Positions 27,888 through 41,180 of a stretch of 64,000 bases of DNA are shown here, piece by piece. The notes under the pieces are model-generated. The model saw only the letters and a list, made by a program, of their open reading frames with translations, did not search any database and had not been told where the DNA came from. Where the stretch lies: assembly GCA_012295275.1 (NCBI GenBank), contig CM022677.1:5270001-5334000 (forward strand), given 5' to 3'. A program made the translations under genes and the position numbers. Within the stretch, counting starts at the first letter, position 1. Every line of letters starts with the position of its first letter. This DNA is from Chrysomallon squamiferum (taxonomy: Eukaryota; Animalia; Mollusca).

Positions 27888-27955
27888 TTAGCTTAGGTTA
27901 GAGTTAGGGTTAGGATTAGTGTTAGGGTTAGGACTAGGGTAACAGTTAGGTTTAG
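27888..27955 (+). repeat. Degenerate (TTAGGG)n-like tract
   Basis: ttaggttagagttagggttaggattagtgttagggttagg. Confidence 0.7.
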
Positions 27956-28165
27956 ACTATTTATTTATTTATTTATTACTACTGCTGATGCTACTATTAC
28001 AACATCATAGTTGCTACTATCACCACCACATTACTAATCACTAATCCCATTCACTCAAATAAGACACTGGACTAGGCCACAGGGTTGAGTGTCGTCCCAT
28101 CCTGTCAAATCCCATGTACCGGCCACAGAGGAACAACAAAACAAGTTGAATTTGTGTATTTAATA

Positions 28166-28330
28166 TTCAAGCACTATATTCAGAGACAGTATTATTCATA
28201 GTTCAAGCACTATATTCAGAGATAGTATTATTCAAAGTTCAAGCACTATATTCAGAGATAGTATTATTCAAAGTTCAAGCACTATATTCAGAGATAGTAT
28301 TATTCAAAGTTCAAGCACTATATTCAGGGA
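28166..28330. repeat. 36-bp tandem repeat in MULE subterminal region (~4.5 units; 35-bp variant at 55793-55901)
   Basis: gttcaagcactatattcagagatagtattattcaaa. Confidence 0.92.
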
Positions 28331-28431
28331 TACTGTGTTCAGGTACACTATGATCAACTGAGTTACGAAGTTCAAGTTTCACGAGGTGTTCACTGCATCG
28401 AGTTCATGGAGAAGTGTTTGGCTCCAGCCTA

Positions 28432-28800
28432 CAACTGTCTCTTGACACATCCTACACCTCCAAGCTGTCTCTTGAGACGTCCTACACCTCCAAACTGTGT
28501 CTTGAGACGTCCTAGCACCTCCAAACTGTCTCTTGACACATCCTAGCACCTCCAAACTGTCTCTTGAGACGTCCTAGCACCTCCAAACTGTCTCTTGACA
28601 CATCCTACACCTCCAAACTGTCTCTTGAGATGTCCTACACCTCCAAACTGTCTCTTGAGATGTCCTACACCTCCAAACTGTCTCTTGACACATCCTACAC
28701 CTCCAAACTGTCTCTTGAGACGTCCTACACCTCCAAACTGTCTCTTGAGACGTCCTACACCTCCAAACTGTCTCTTGAGACGTCCTACACCTCCAAACTG
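28432..28800. repeat. 30-bp minisatellite (~12 units) in the MULE transposase C-terminus
   Basis: ctccaaactgtctcttgagacgtcctacac; minus strand reads RLKRQFGGVG. Confidence 0.95.
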
Positions 28801-29487
28801 GATCTGAATCCTTCTGGTCCGCTCTGCCTTCTCGATTCCTTGGATGAGGTCTACAAACTTGTAGATGTTGGGTGCTGGTGGGGAAGAGCTCTGTTGAGCC
28901 TTGAATGGAACCTGGCAACAATACAAACAGGAGAGGGAACCAAAGAATCCACGCACAATGTAAAACTGGTTCCACAAACCAGGGCAAGAGGAGAACGTCC
29001 TGTCCATGTAGATTGTCTCAGCTGTCTGTAGATCTCTTAGCTGATCATCAGTTGAGAACTCCACCATCTTGTCAGCATCTCCATCCGTGAACAACAGGAA
29101 GCATCTTGTGTTTGTGTCCAGGGTGCTTGTAGGTGCAGCTCTTCTCTGGAGGCTGGGAGGACGGGGATGGTGGTTTTATGATGATGTACAAGGAGCTCTT
29201 CACACTGTGGAAGGTAGGCAAGGCGGGAACATCGTTGTCATCTTGGTAATAACATAGAAAAAGCTAGCAAGTACATTTACAGAGATACACAGACAGAAAC
29301 ACAGAAACAAACACACCAACTAACCCTAAATACCAACAACAGATGACAAATACACTGAGATGCCAAACACAGACACAAATAGAATGACAAAGAATGAATG
29401 AGAAAGAAAATACAGAGAAGAAACAGAGAGTGTTAAGTATAATGAGGTTGATAGTTATGGATAAAGAAAAAAATAGAAAAGAAAAAT

Positions 29488-29583
<96 letters not shown>

Positions 29584-29988
29584 ATTCCAGTGGCAGCAAA
29601 CTTTATACTCAGTGCTGGACAGCACCTTCTACTGAAACAACTTCACTAGCCAACATCAGCACATCAATTAGAGCTGTATGTGTATTCTGAAAATAAAAAT
29701 ACAAATAAAATAATAAAAATAATAAACTGTTAAAAATAAATAACTAATGTTTCTGTATTATTTAAATTTTACTGTTATCAGTTACTGGATTATTCAGACA
29801 CAAAGGGATGTGGGATATTTTTGAGATACTTTGTATAATCATTATGATAATAATGATAATAATTTAAATAATTAACAAAACAATAGCAAACAAATGATTA
29901 TTATTATGCTAATTTACAATCAGTAAAGAGTTGTTACTATAAAACTTATTTTATTTGCTAAGAAATAAAAATAAGATAAAAAACTTGC

Positions 29989-30432
29989 AACTTGGAATTG
30001 TGTTGTCTGAATCAGGTAGAGGACTAGCTCGGTCCTTCGAACTGTCAATATCGCTGACATCACTCTCATGAACGCTGCCTTCCTGAGTCTCATCTTGTTC
30101 TGCTTCAGCTACAGCCTTTGTTTTCTTCTCTCTCTTTTCTTTATCTTCTCATCCAGCTTCATTCTCAGAGCGGCAAGCTCAGATGTTACCTGCACATCAA
30201 CTTTCTGGTTATTTTTGCCATCGCAGTCGTCTGCCTAGTTTTTTGTTTTGCAGCGTAGCAGATGAAGTGTTTTTACCAGCATCAGCTTGATTTCACAAAA
30301 AAGCAGACTTAAATGGTGCTCTGCCCTTTTCTTCTTGTTCCTGTTGATGCATGTAAACCATCGATATATCATATTATAGTATTCCAGCAGCAGTTGCACT
30401 CTACAGTGTGATACTGATCAATGATTGTGTAG
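29989..30432 (-). pseudogene. CAMSAP: CAMSAP/Patronin coiled-coil-1 exon remnant, copy 1
   Basis: Paralogue of 46459-46909; LAALRMKLDEKIKKRE..RLRKAAFMRVM; disrupted. Confidence 0.7.
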
Positions 30433-31395
30433 CTGGATGAGAAATTTATAAAATATTCAACTCACATCTGATTTTTTACAGAACCATTCTTTAAATTCAT
30501 TTGGAACATTTTCTCCACATGACCTAGAAAACATAAAAAATAAAAATTATTAGTAATGATATGAAAAATAAAATGGATAATAATAATAAAGATCACAAAA
30601 ATAATAATAATAAAAATAAAACTTAATAATAATAATAAAAAGTAGTAATAATAATAAGAGAAGAAGAAGATGAAAAAGAAGGAATTACAACAAAACAAAA
30701 CAAAGTGTAAATAAATAAAGTAAAATTGACCATTAAGAAAAGAAGAGAAACAAAGAACAGGATAACAAATTATTTGAGTGTTTATTTGTGTGTTAAATAT
30801 TTATTTTATAAATAATTTTATTAATTTTTATAGCATCATCTACATATGAAATAACCTGGTCATGTATTTCTTAAATTTGTATTCATCTTTATTTGTTTTT
30901 AGTGTTAACATAGAGCTATACAGGTATTTAGCTTTAATAATACGAAAGCATTTAGGGACCCACCCATTATAAAGTTTAATATGTTTAATAATTATAGAGC
31001 AAGTCAGCAATTTAACCTAAATCTTTGAAAATAATAAATCATAAATAAACTGACTGAAAACAACCTGTCAAACAAAATTAGCATATTTTCTTTTAATAGT
31101 TTTATTAGTTTATTTCAACAACAACAACAACAAAAATAATTATAATAATAAATAAAAATAAATAAAAAATAAAAAAATAAATAATAACAATAACAATAAC
31201 AATAACAATAATAATAATAATAATAATTTTAAATTCTCTGTGACTTGTTGTGTGGTGTCTCTTTATTTTAAAACAAATTTAATTACTGGCCACTCAAAAT
31301 TTGCTGATACATCATGACGTTGTTTATGTTGTTCACATTAGTACAACCACTGGTGAATGTTATTATTAATCGAGTGTCGTTATTTGAAAAAATTA

Positions 31396-31430
<35 letters not shown>

Positions 31431-31444
31431 ATATTGTTCTCAAA

Positions 31445-31870
31445 TAATATGGCTGCCATCAGTTGTCTATGACTTTTAAATTATAATTAAATAAAACGAA
31501 AAAAATCCAAAGACATTAACATTTATAATAATAAATAGTAATACCTGTCTCCTTCACAAAATGAAATACTTTAAACAACTGTTTTAATGCGATTACACCA
31601 ATTCTGTAGAAAATTCTTCGAACATTAAATAAAAAAAGTAAATCCGTAAAGTCCGACAAACATCCCGCATTTTTCTGCATATACAATCCCGCCCAAAAAA
31701 ATAAAAAAAATAAATAAAAACAAAATTAAAATAATGTTCAAAACAAATAAAATAAAATAAAGGAACATCACAACCTTTATTAAAATATATTTATTTTATT
31801 TATTTATTTATATTTTTTTTTATCTTATTATTAGCCAATCGTTGACCGTAAACTTCAAATAAACGGTGTT
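31445..31870. promoter_or_regulatory. CpG-enriched promoter-like remnant (related copies ~24550-24830, ~35450-35645, ~48000-48330)
   Basis: Local CpG excess; atggctgccat (YY1-like), agccaatc (CCAAT), tttcccgc (E2F-like, in the 48.1-kb copy); minus-strand donor-like cag|gtatt at ~31544. Motif evidence only. Confidence 0.3.
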
Positions 31871-32179
31871 TTTTTTTTTTTTTTCCCCTACTTTTTCTTT
31901 CTTCTTCTTATTTATATTAATGCACCAAATAAAATCACAAAACTTACAACTCACACTACAAGTTGCTTATTATTGTGCAGGAATTTACCAATGTTTGATA
32001 TCCTATTCTAAAATGTATTATACCATTTCTATCAACATCACCATCGTTGCCGTCGTAACGGCGTTGTTTCAAGCTTTCTAGAGTCCTTCTCATTATTCTT
32101 TAGCGGGCGAATCACCTCTTCAAATACATTATTGTGATTTCTAGTAATGTCGCCGTCGTTCCAGTATTAACGTCTTGGT

Positions 32180-32628
32180 TAATATCACACGTCACTGTAC
32201 AGTATTTCTTTACTTAATACTACTAATATCACGTCACAGTTTTTATTTACTTAATATCGCGTTACTGTACATATTTATTTTGCTTAATTTCTGCTACTAT
32301 TACGTTACGGTTCAGTATTTATTTACTTAATACTGCTACTATTCTGTTCTTACCACTTTACTGCACAGTATTTATTTATTTATCTCTGATAATATCACGT
32401 TACTGTACAATATTTATTTAGTTAATGCTGCTCATATCACGTGACTGTACAGTATTTATTTACTTAATACTGCTAATATCACGTTACTGTACATTATTTA
32501 TTTACTTAATACTGCTAATATCATTTTCTCTGTTCAGTATTTATTTACTTAATGCTTCTAATATCGTTACTGTACTGTATTTATTTACTTAATACTGCTA
32601 ATATCACAATACAGTATTTATTTACTTA
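32180..32628. repeat. 42-bp minisatellite upstream of P4HA copy 2 (~11 degenerate units)
   Basis: Same consensus as 18408-18714. Confidence 0.92.
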
Positions 32629-33030
32629 AGAGGAGATTCTTCATATTTCGCAGAATAAGGTCCGCTACAGAGAAAGAAAGAAAAAGAAAAATAGAAATGA
32701 AATAAAGTGTAATGATTCTGGATAAAAACCTTTTGTCAATTAAAACTGACATTTATTCAAACATATTCATAAAATAAAATAAAAATTAAAAAATGTGGAA
32801 TAACATAATAAAAATAAGTAGTGACATCTGATTTGTATGTGTTTTGAAGAAGAAACAGAACAACTGCAGACAACACTTCAAAATCTTCATAACTTAAGAA
32901 GTGTGCCACTTCTAAATGACAGCTGTAATGCACATTTTAATCTTTTTTTTTTTTTTTCTTGAGGAGTGTTTTTGTTTTCATTTTTATCTGTATGTTACTT
33001 TATTCTGACATAAACAAATTATTAATATAT

Positions 33031-33615
33031 GAAATCCGTGAACATCTTCCAAGTTACGAAGATTTAGAAGGGGCCGCTGCAGCTCTGTTTCGACTTCAAG
33101 ACACGTACAAATTAAATGCTACAAGATTAACAGAAGGTTTTATATATGAACGATATATACAGAGATTATCAGCAGAAGACTGTTATCAATTAGGTCGCCT
33201 TGCATACAAACTGAAAAAATACAAATATGTGCATATCTGGAGGACGATGAGTCTCGAAAAAGTAAGAACTGAAAAAATTCAGAACGTATCTCGGTTAAAA
33301 CTTCATGACCTATGACAAATACGGTAGAGAATTAGCGGGACAGATAGAGCAAGTTTTAAATTTGACAAATGAACAGTTAATGTTAGCTCGTGGACTAGAA
33401 CGTGCTCCGAACAGAAGAAAAAAGTATTCAAGTATATCAAAACTTAGGAAAGAAAAGAGAAAAAATGGCAGAGTTAAAGAAAAAACAAGTTTCGATGCTC
33501 TCTGTCGTGGTGAAGAGGTTATTAAAGTACGACAGCGACATCGTTTGAAATGTCGCTACCATAACAATATCAAAAACCGCTTCTAATTCTTAAGCCTGCT
33601 AAAGAAGAGATTCTG
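33031..33615 (+). pseudogene. P4HA: P4HA-like pseudogene copy 2 (5' and 3' deleted)
   Basis: EIREHLPSYEDLEGAAAALFRLQDTY..FDALCRGE..KPAKEEI; frameshifts at ~33310 and ~33577; catalytic domain absent. Confidence 0.93.
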
Positions 33616-34433
33616 AAATTAATGTTAAACTTGGAGGCCATGACAGACAAAGAAATACGAAAAAAAAAACCTAACAAAAAAAAAGCACAAAACCCCCCAA
33701 AAAACGCAGTCATCAATGACAGACTGTTTATCCTCTGACAACTGATAGACCATTAACATTTGTAATAAAACAAATATTCCAGTTTTATGTTATTTTAATC
33801 TTTAGAAAAAGCTCTCTGTCTAAAACGGTATATCACGTTGGTCTCAATGAGTCATGCGGTTTTGACAGTGTCCACTGTTTTTATTTTTATTGTTTATATT
33901 TTATTATTTATTAAATAATAATAGATACGTGTATTGTTTATAGTATGTAAATTGATATTCCTGGAAGATACCTACACATTTACATTTGTTACTCATTATA
34001 CAGCTATATTCGTTTCAGTTGATTTCTTCATATATACTGGTATACCTTTATATAATGGTAGAATATTACTTTAATGAAATGTTTTTTTTTGTTGTTTTTT
34101 TAAATTCTTTATGTACGTTGGAGTATATGTTTGTAATTTAGTTTGTAAAATGTTTCGTCGTCTGCTTTATGGAAAGTTTTCAAGGGCAGATAATCGAAAA
34201 TGAATTATTAAACAATACAATGTCGAATCTTGTCACAAGACTCAAGTGTAATTTTTTTTTTTTTTTGAGTAATTTAGCTGAATTTTTATTGATCAATCAA
34301 CAGAGTAATCACTTATATTTTGCTTTTCATTTAAGTTATTATGTAATTATATTTAGCAGATATGTAATAGTATTTTCAATAATATAATTATCCTTTAAAT
34401 TATATAACTTATAACTACATAATGACAAAAAAG

Positions 34434-34466
<33 letters not shown>

Positions 34467-36343
34467 AGATTAGAATGACAACAAAATATGAATGATGTTT
34501 ATTATTATCTGAATAAAATGTTCAGGTATTTTTCCTTCGTAATCTGTGGAAAATCTGAGATTCATTTCAGTCTTTTGGCAAACAGAACACTGAATATCTC
34601 ATACAGTTTCAAACCAGTATACACATGTTTTATATCAAAATGATGCTTTCTAAAGCCCTACAGTATTTTTAAGCATGATGCATAAACTATTACAATGCCT
34701 CCACTTAATTTCATAATAGAATGTTTATCTTTTTTCATTTTTAGGAGATCTCACTGTGTTGAAGACATAAGTCAACATGACAGATTTCAGTTGTATCCTG
34801 TTTTAGTTCACGTTGTATCTTATAAATCAGTCAAACAATAAGACACCTACTTCAGAAAACATTCATTTTAGTAATGTTTTGTGCATGGAGACTGTATAGT
34901 GTATTAATATCTTTTGTGATTATGATTACAAAGTGTGTGTGTGTGTGTGTTAAATATTATTATAACAAATAATTGTATTAATGTTTTACAGTGTCTACAT
35001 CTGAAATAACGTGGTCATATTTTTCTTAAATTTGTATTCATCTTTATAGGTTTTTATCGTTATCATAGAGCTATACAGGTATTTAGCTTTAATAATATGA
35101 AAGAATGTAGGGCCCCACCCATTATATACTTTAATATGGTTAAAATAATTTTATTAGTATATTAAAAAATAATAATAATAAAATAAATAAATAAATAAAT
35201 AATAAAAATTATGAGTTGACACATAGTTGTTGTATGGTGTTTACTTTGGTGTGTGCTACACAAGTCAATTTCTTTTAAAACAAATTTAATTACTGGCCAC
35301 ACAGTGATTGGTAAAACATTTCTTGTTTATGCTGTTCACATTAGTACAAACACTGGCGAATTTTGTTATTAATCGAGTGTCGTTATTTAAAGAAAAAAAA
35401 TATATATATATAATTATAAAATAAATAATAAATAAATATTATTTCCGAAAATGATGGCTGCCATCAGGTGGCTGCGATGTTTAAATTATACTTAAATAAA
35501 ATTAAAAAAAATCCAAACTCATTAACAACTATAATAATTAATAGTACTACCTGTCTGCTTCACAAAATGAAATACTTTGGGCAACTTTTTTGTTGCAATT
35601 ACACCAATTCTGTATAAGATTCTTCAAACGTCAAATAAAAAAGTAATCAGCCTTAGAAAAAGAATGGGAAATAGTGAATGCAGAATGGGCTATAGACGTA
35701 GAGATTTCAGCAGTTGTTATCTACGTCAAAATATCCACACACACACGCACGCACACACACACACACACATTATTTATATATGTGATTGTTTTTATATGTG
35801 TTTATGCATATACTTAGAATTAGAAAACACTTTGGCTTAGGAATTTTATTTTATTGTCAAAAATAATCATTTTCTAATTCCATTCGAATTTATTTAATCT
35901 GCTTCGGTTGAACTTTAAGTCCAATTGGCTAGTTTTCCAGTTTTTTACTAAACATTTATTCATCTGCATACAACTTTTTAAAATTGAATAAAGAAGCATT
36001 TGGGATTGTACAGAAATAAACTTCTAGAACACTGCATTTATAAATGTTTTTAAAACATTTCAAAAACTGTTTACATAGTATCCTTTTTTTTTTTAATCTA
36101 TAAATCTCTATCTGTAACCTCTCAAAACATTATTTTACAAAAACACTACCGCACTGGCTGCTACACCATCATATTTTGTATCATATTTTGCATACACAAG
36201 AATGTATGCCGCCAGATATATCAATATCCTTATTAAAATCTGCTTTTTTTCTATCAAAAAGTTCGCATCATTGAATGATGTTGTATCGATCGAATGTTCT
36301 GTTACAGTTGTCCCCCTTCGCAAAAGTGCAGTTTTTTTAGTTT

Positions 36344-36429
<86 letters not shown>

Positions 36430-37634
36430 TAGTGGTAATATAGGCAATATAGATGAACATTATTAATTAATTAATGTATTCATTTATCATCATCATCATC
36501 TTCATTATTATTATTATTATTATAATTATTATGCTATAACATGAACAGAAGTTTAAATGTTTAACAACAAATGTAAAGAAAGCAAACAAAGGGTTGAGAA
36601 ATGAAAAATGATCAGTTAATTTTAACTGAATTCTTTCAGTGGCTGTTTTCATTTGTCACCAGTAATCTATGTTTAATTACAACGGGAAGGTCTACGTTGT
36701 TCAAGGCCACCGAGACACGTCCTGTCCGTCTCTTTACAATAATCTCTTACGTCTACAAATCGTGCTGGGGATGAGTATTGAAATTACTTCTTAATTTTAT
36801 TACACTGTACAAAAGAATGTGGTGAAAATTACACCTGATGTTCATCACACTCAGAGACACACACAGATACAGAGACCAGGATGAATTACATTTAGTTGTA
36901 AACTGACGGACATGCTGGATGCAGGGAAAGGAATCAGAGATGATTTGATGCATTTTTGTTCAACGGATAGATAAACCAACAAGAGATTATAGACTAATAG
37001 AAAGGTAGATATGTATGTGGATAGATAGATAGATAGATATAGAATAAAAAATGTTGATATGACCGTGTCATAGTTTGTATTCAATTAATACAAAATGTAT
37101 CAGTCTAACCACGCGCCCACTCAACTTTTCCTTTACATCTCAAACAGTTTTAGACAACATTATTGATCTGTACCTTTCTGTATATTCTTACCTTCTACTA
37201 AAAGCAGAAAACGTTATCAGGTGCAACATTAATTTCATAAATTATATTACACTACAGATTAAAATGATATTTTCAAGTAAGAACATAGATTATACAGAAT
37301 GCCTGTATTTTGGGAAATTTAGAGCGTACTTTCAGTTTATTTTAATTTTATTATTATTATTATTATTTATAAGAAAATAGAAGAAAACTTAAATGATATT
37401 CCATTATGAATACAAAGCTGTCACGTGTATTTTGTATAACGAGAGCAGTTCACACTATAAATCATAAAACATCCCGTAATTATAAATAAGGTGATATTTT
37501 TAATTAAGGATGCCGATATTTTCACTAATAAATTATACAAACATTACAAAATTATAAAATGAGGTGTCAGTTTTACTTAAGGATAACGCTATTTGCACTG
37601 TTCATTTTACCACTGAGTTACAAAAATAAATTTT

Positions 37635-37834
37635 NNNNNNNNNNNNNNNNNNNNNNNNNNNNNNNNNNNNNNNNNNNNNNNNNNNNNNNNNNNNNNNNNN
37701 NNNNNNNNNNNNNNNNNNNNNNNNNNNNNNNNNNNNNNNNNNNNNNNNNNNNNNNNNNNNNNNNNNNNNNNNNNNNNNNNNNNNNNNNNNNNNNNNNNNN
37801 NNNNNNNNNNNNNNNNNNNNNNNNNNNNNNNNNN
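37635..37834. other. Assembly gap (200 N)
   Basis: Run of N. Confidence 1.
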
Positions 37835-38730
37835 AATGTAACAAAGGGGACATAACTCTATATAGGAATATGTTCGTTTTAACCTGAATAATCAAGGAGA
37901 AAAATGTAACAAAGGGGAGATCACTATATATAGGAATATGTTCGTTTTAACCTGAATAAGCACGGAGAAAAATGTAACAAAGGGGACATAACTCTATATA
38001 GGAATATGTTCGTTTTAACCTGAATAATCAAGGAGAAAAATGTAACAAAGGGGACATAACCATATATAGGAATATGTTCGTTTTAACCTGAATAATCAAG
38101 GAGAAAAATCTAACAAAGGGGACATAACTCTATATAGGAATATATTCGTTTTAACCTGAATAATCAAGGAGAAAAATGTAAGAGGGGACATAACTCTATA
38201 TAAGAATATGTTCGTTTTAACCTGAATAATCAAGGAGAAAAATCTAACAAGGGGACATAACTCTATATAAGAATATGTTCGTTTTAACCTGAATAATCAA
38301 GGAGAAAAATCTAACAAAGGGGACATAACTCTATATAGGAATATGTTCGTTTTAACCTGAATAATCAAGGAGAAAAATGTACTAAAGGGGAGATACCTCT
38401 ATCCGAGAGGTTATTCGTTTTCATATTAAAGGGAGATAAATCTATATAGGAATATGTTCGTTTTAACCTGAATAATCAAGGAGAAAAATGTAACAAAGGG
38501 GACTTAACTCTGTCCGAGAGGTTATTCGTTTTCATGTTAAAGGGAGATAACTGAATAAGAATATGTTCGTTTTAACCTGATTATAGGGAGATAATTCTAT
38601 ATAGGAATATGTTCGTTTTAACCTGAATAATCAAGGAGGAAAATGCAACAAAGGGGACATAACTCTATCCGAGAGGTTATTCGTTTTCATGTTAAGGGAG
38701 ATAACTCTATATATCAATATATTCGCTTGT
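37835..38730. repeat. 68-bp satellite running into the gap, grading into composite units
   Basis: aatgtaacaaaggggacataactctatataggaatatgttcgttttaacctgaataatcaaggagaaa x~8, then units with an added atccgagaggttattcgttttcat subunit. Confidence 0.96.
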
Positions 38731-39642
38731 GATGAATGTTCAGGTATATTTTCAACCAATGGAATCCAATAATTTAATTGAATTTAATTAGTGCACACTG
38801 CTTAATCATTTGATAAGCATTTTAAATAATGAATGCTTTTTACATTAAAATTATAGATCAGATGGAAATATTTATAGGATATTATTTTTTTGTTATATTA
38901 ATATATCAATATCTAAAAGGTAAATAACATCATTTATTAATAATAATAATTCAATGTTGAAAATATCTAATTTGTTGAAATCTAAAATTTTTAAAAAGAA
39001 ATTTATATTTTGATATAACTCTGAACTTGAAATATGATAAGGATAGTGAGAACTTAAAAATACAAGAATTGTTTCCTACATTATGCTTTTGTCCGATGGT
39101 AAAAGGAGAAAGAAATGAATATTTGTTATATTAAATATAATAAACAATAAAATATTTCTTAATAATAGTTACCAGCGAATATATTCACAAATAGTTATTT
39201 TCCTTTAATATGAAAACGAATACTTTCTCGGATGGAGTTATCTCCCCTTTCTTACATTAAAAAAGGGTTCATCAGAATTACTTGATATGAATCAATTTGT
39301 GGAAATATGTGAATAGAAGATTCATCAAAGTTTGTGAAAATATTTAATGTAATAAAAATATGTATTCATTCATTATGCCACTATTTGTTATTTTTCGTTT
39401 AATATTATTATCAAAATTATCAAACAATTATTCTAAAATTTAATTTCATATCATTTCTTTAGCACTTAACTAAATGAATTAAATGAAACATAAATCTAAA
39501 TTACAAAATACATCATTATTTGTTATTTTATTTCCTTTTTCAAAATTTGTTTTGTTGTTGTTAACCATTATCATCGTTATATTCAAGTGATTTCCCTTAG
39601 ACTACTTTGTCTATGAAATTGACTAATTATTATTATTATTAT

Positions 39643-39680
<38 letters not shown>

Positions 39681-40269
39681 CTAGCAGTATTAGTATCTCT
39701 GTGCATTCTTAGTTTATTTCATATATTTAAAATGTTTCTTTACTAAAAACTTAATATTTATTCATTCATACTATTCAGAATAAAAATAAGAATTTAAATT
39801 TATTACGACATTCCATTTTGATACGTGAAAATTTGTATATATTATTTATTATAATTAGAGAAAGAGAGATTTGGGTTTCACTATGACTAAGATTGTACGT
39901 TTTCATGAAAATTTCATTTCACTGTAAAAATGTAGCATAAAAATTTCAATTACATGTAAATACTGTTTTTCTGCCATTTCATACTGACACATTTAAATTC
40001 CACAGACATAATGATTTCTAGAGCGCGGAATGTAACATCAATTCAGGTGTTTAAAAGTGTAATTAAGTGTGTGTGTGTGTGTGTGATCTTTCTTTCATTT
40101 TTGTTTGTTTTTATTTTTGTTGTTGATACTATTGCTAAAACTGTTATTTTTTTTACTGTGGTACATAATTATTGCTATTTTTATTATTGTTATTATTGCT
40201 AATATTGGTGTTATAGCTATTGCTTTTGCTGTTGGTTAATTTTGCTTTAGGCAGAATTGATAAGTTTGT

Positions 40270-41180
40270 GTGGAGAGAAGAAAGCGAGTTACAGAGAGAG
40301 TAAGAGAGAAAAACACACGGAGAGAGATACAGACAGACAGACAGATAGACAGAGAGGGAGACAGAGATACAGATAGTGTCAGAGAGACAGAGAGAAAAAG
40401 TGAGTCAGAGAGACATAGACAGTCAGAGAGACAAAGAGAGAAAGACAGTGAGATAAAGAGAGAAAGACAGTGAGATAAAGAGAGACAGATAGGGACTGAG
40501 ACAGAGGGAGAAAGAGAGGGACATGGGGAGACAGAGAGAGATAGAGACAGGGAGAGAGACAGAGAGAGACAGAAATACCGAGAGTCAGAGAGAGAAAGAG
40601 AGATAAAGAGATATAGCAGAGAGAAAAAGAGAGATTCAGAGACAGATAGAGACAGAGAGAGAAAGAGAGATTCTGAGAGACACAGAGACTGAGGGAGAAA
40701 GAGAGATTCAGCGAGAGACAGAGAGATATAGACAGAGACCGAGCCAGAGAGTGGAAGAGAGAGACAGAGATAGACAGAGAGAGAAAGAGAGACAGTGATA
40801 GAGGGAAAGAGACAGAGAGAGCAAGTCAGACAGAGAGATAGACACAGAGACTGAGAGAGTCACACAGAGAGACAGAGATAGACAGACAGAGAGAGAAAAG
40901 AGAGAGACAGTGATAGAGGGAAAGAGAGACAGAGAGAGCAAGTCAGAGAGACAGACACAGAGGCTGAGAGAGTCGCACAGAGTCAGAGATAGAGAGAGAA
41001 AGAGAGAAAAGAGAAAGTGATAGAGTAAGTAAGAGACAGAGAGAAAGAGAGACAGAGAGAGTTGCACAGAGAGACAGAGATAGAGTTGCACAGTCAGAGA
41101 TAGACAGAGAGAGAAAGAGAGACAGAGATAGAGAGAGAAAGAGAGAAAAGAGAAAGAGATAGAGAGTGAGAGAAAGAGAC
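40270..41180. repeat. ~900-bp degenerate GA/GACA polypurine tract
   Basis: Direct inspection; internal ~120-bp duplication at 40760-41020. Confidence 0.92.

Larger units (their letters stand above)
28089..29253 (-). mobile_element. Mutator-like (MULE) element remnant with deleted transposase and one TIR
   Basis: Minus-strand LPTFHSVKSSLY, FSTDDQLRDLQTAETIYMDRTFSSCPGLWNQ (YMDGTF catalytic-Asp motif) and PNIYKFVDLI; terminal gtgtcgtcccatcctgtcaaatcccat. Confidence 0.85.
29581..33030 (+). repeat. Segmental duplication block C (paralogue 46079-49720; partial copy ~34930-35645)
   Basis: Colinear from ataattcca(g/t)tggcagcaaac through the CAMSAP exon and CpG-rich region to the minisatellite. Confidence 0.93.

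Noticed and set aside
36150-36260. Possible Polinton/Maverick minor capsid trace on the minus strand (DIDISGGIHS, then LVYA in another frame)
   Set aside because: Only a short motif needing frameshifts, with no supporting genes nearby; a translated HMM search would be needed.
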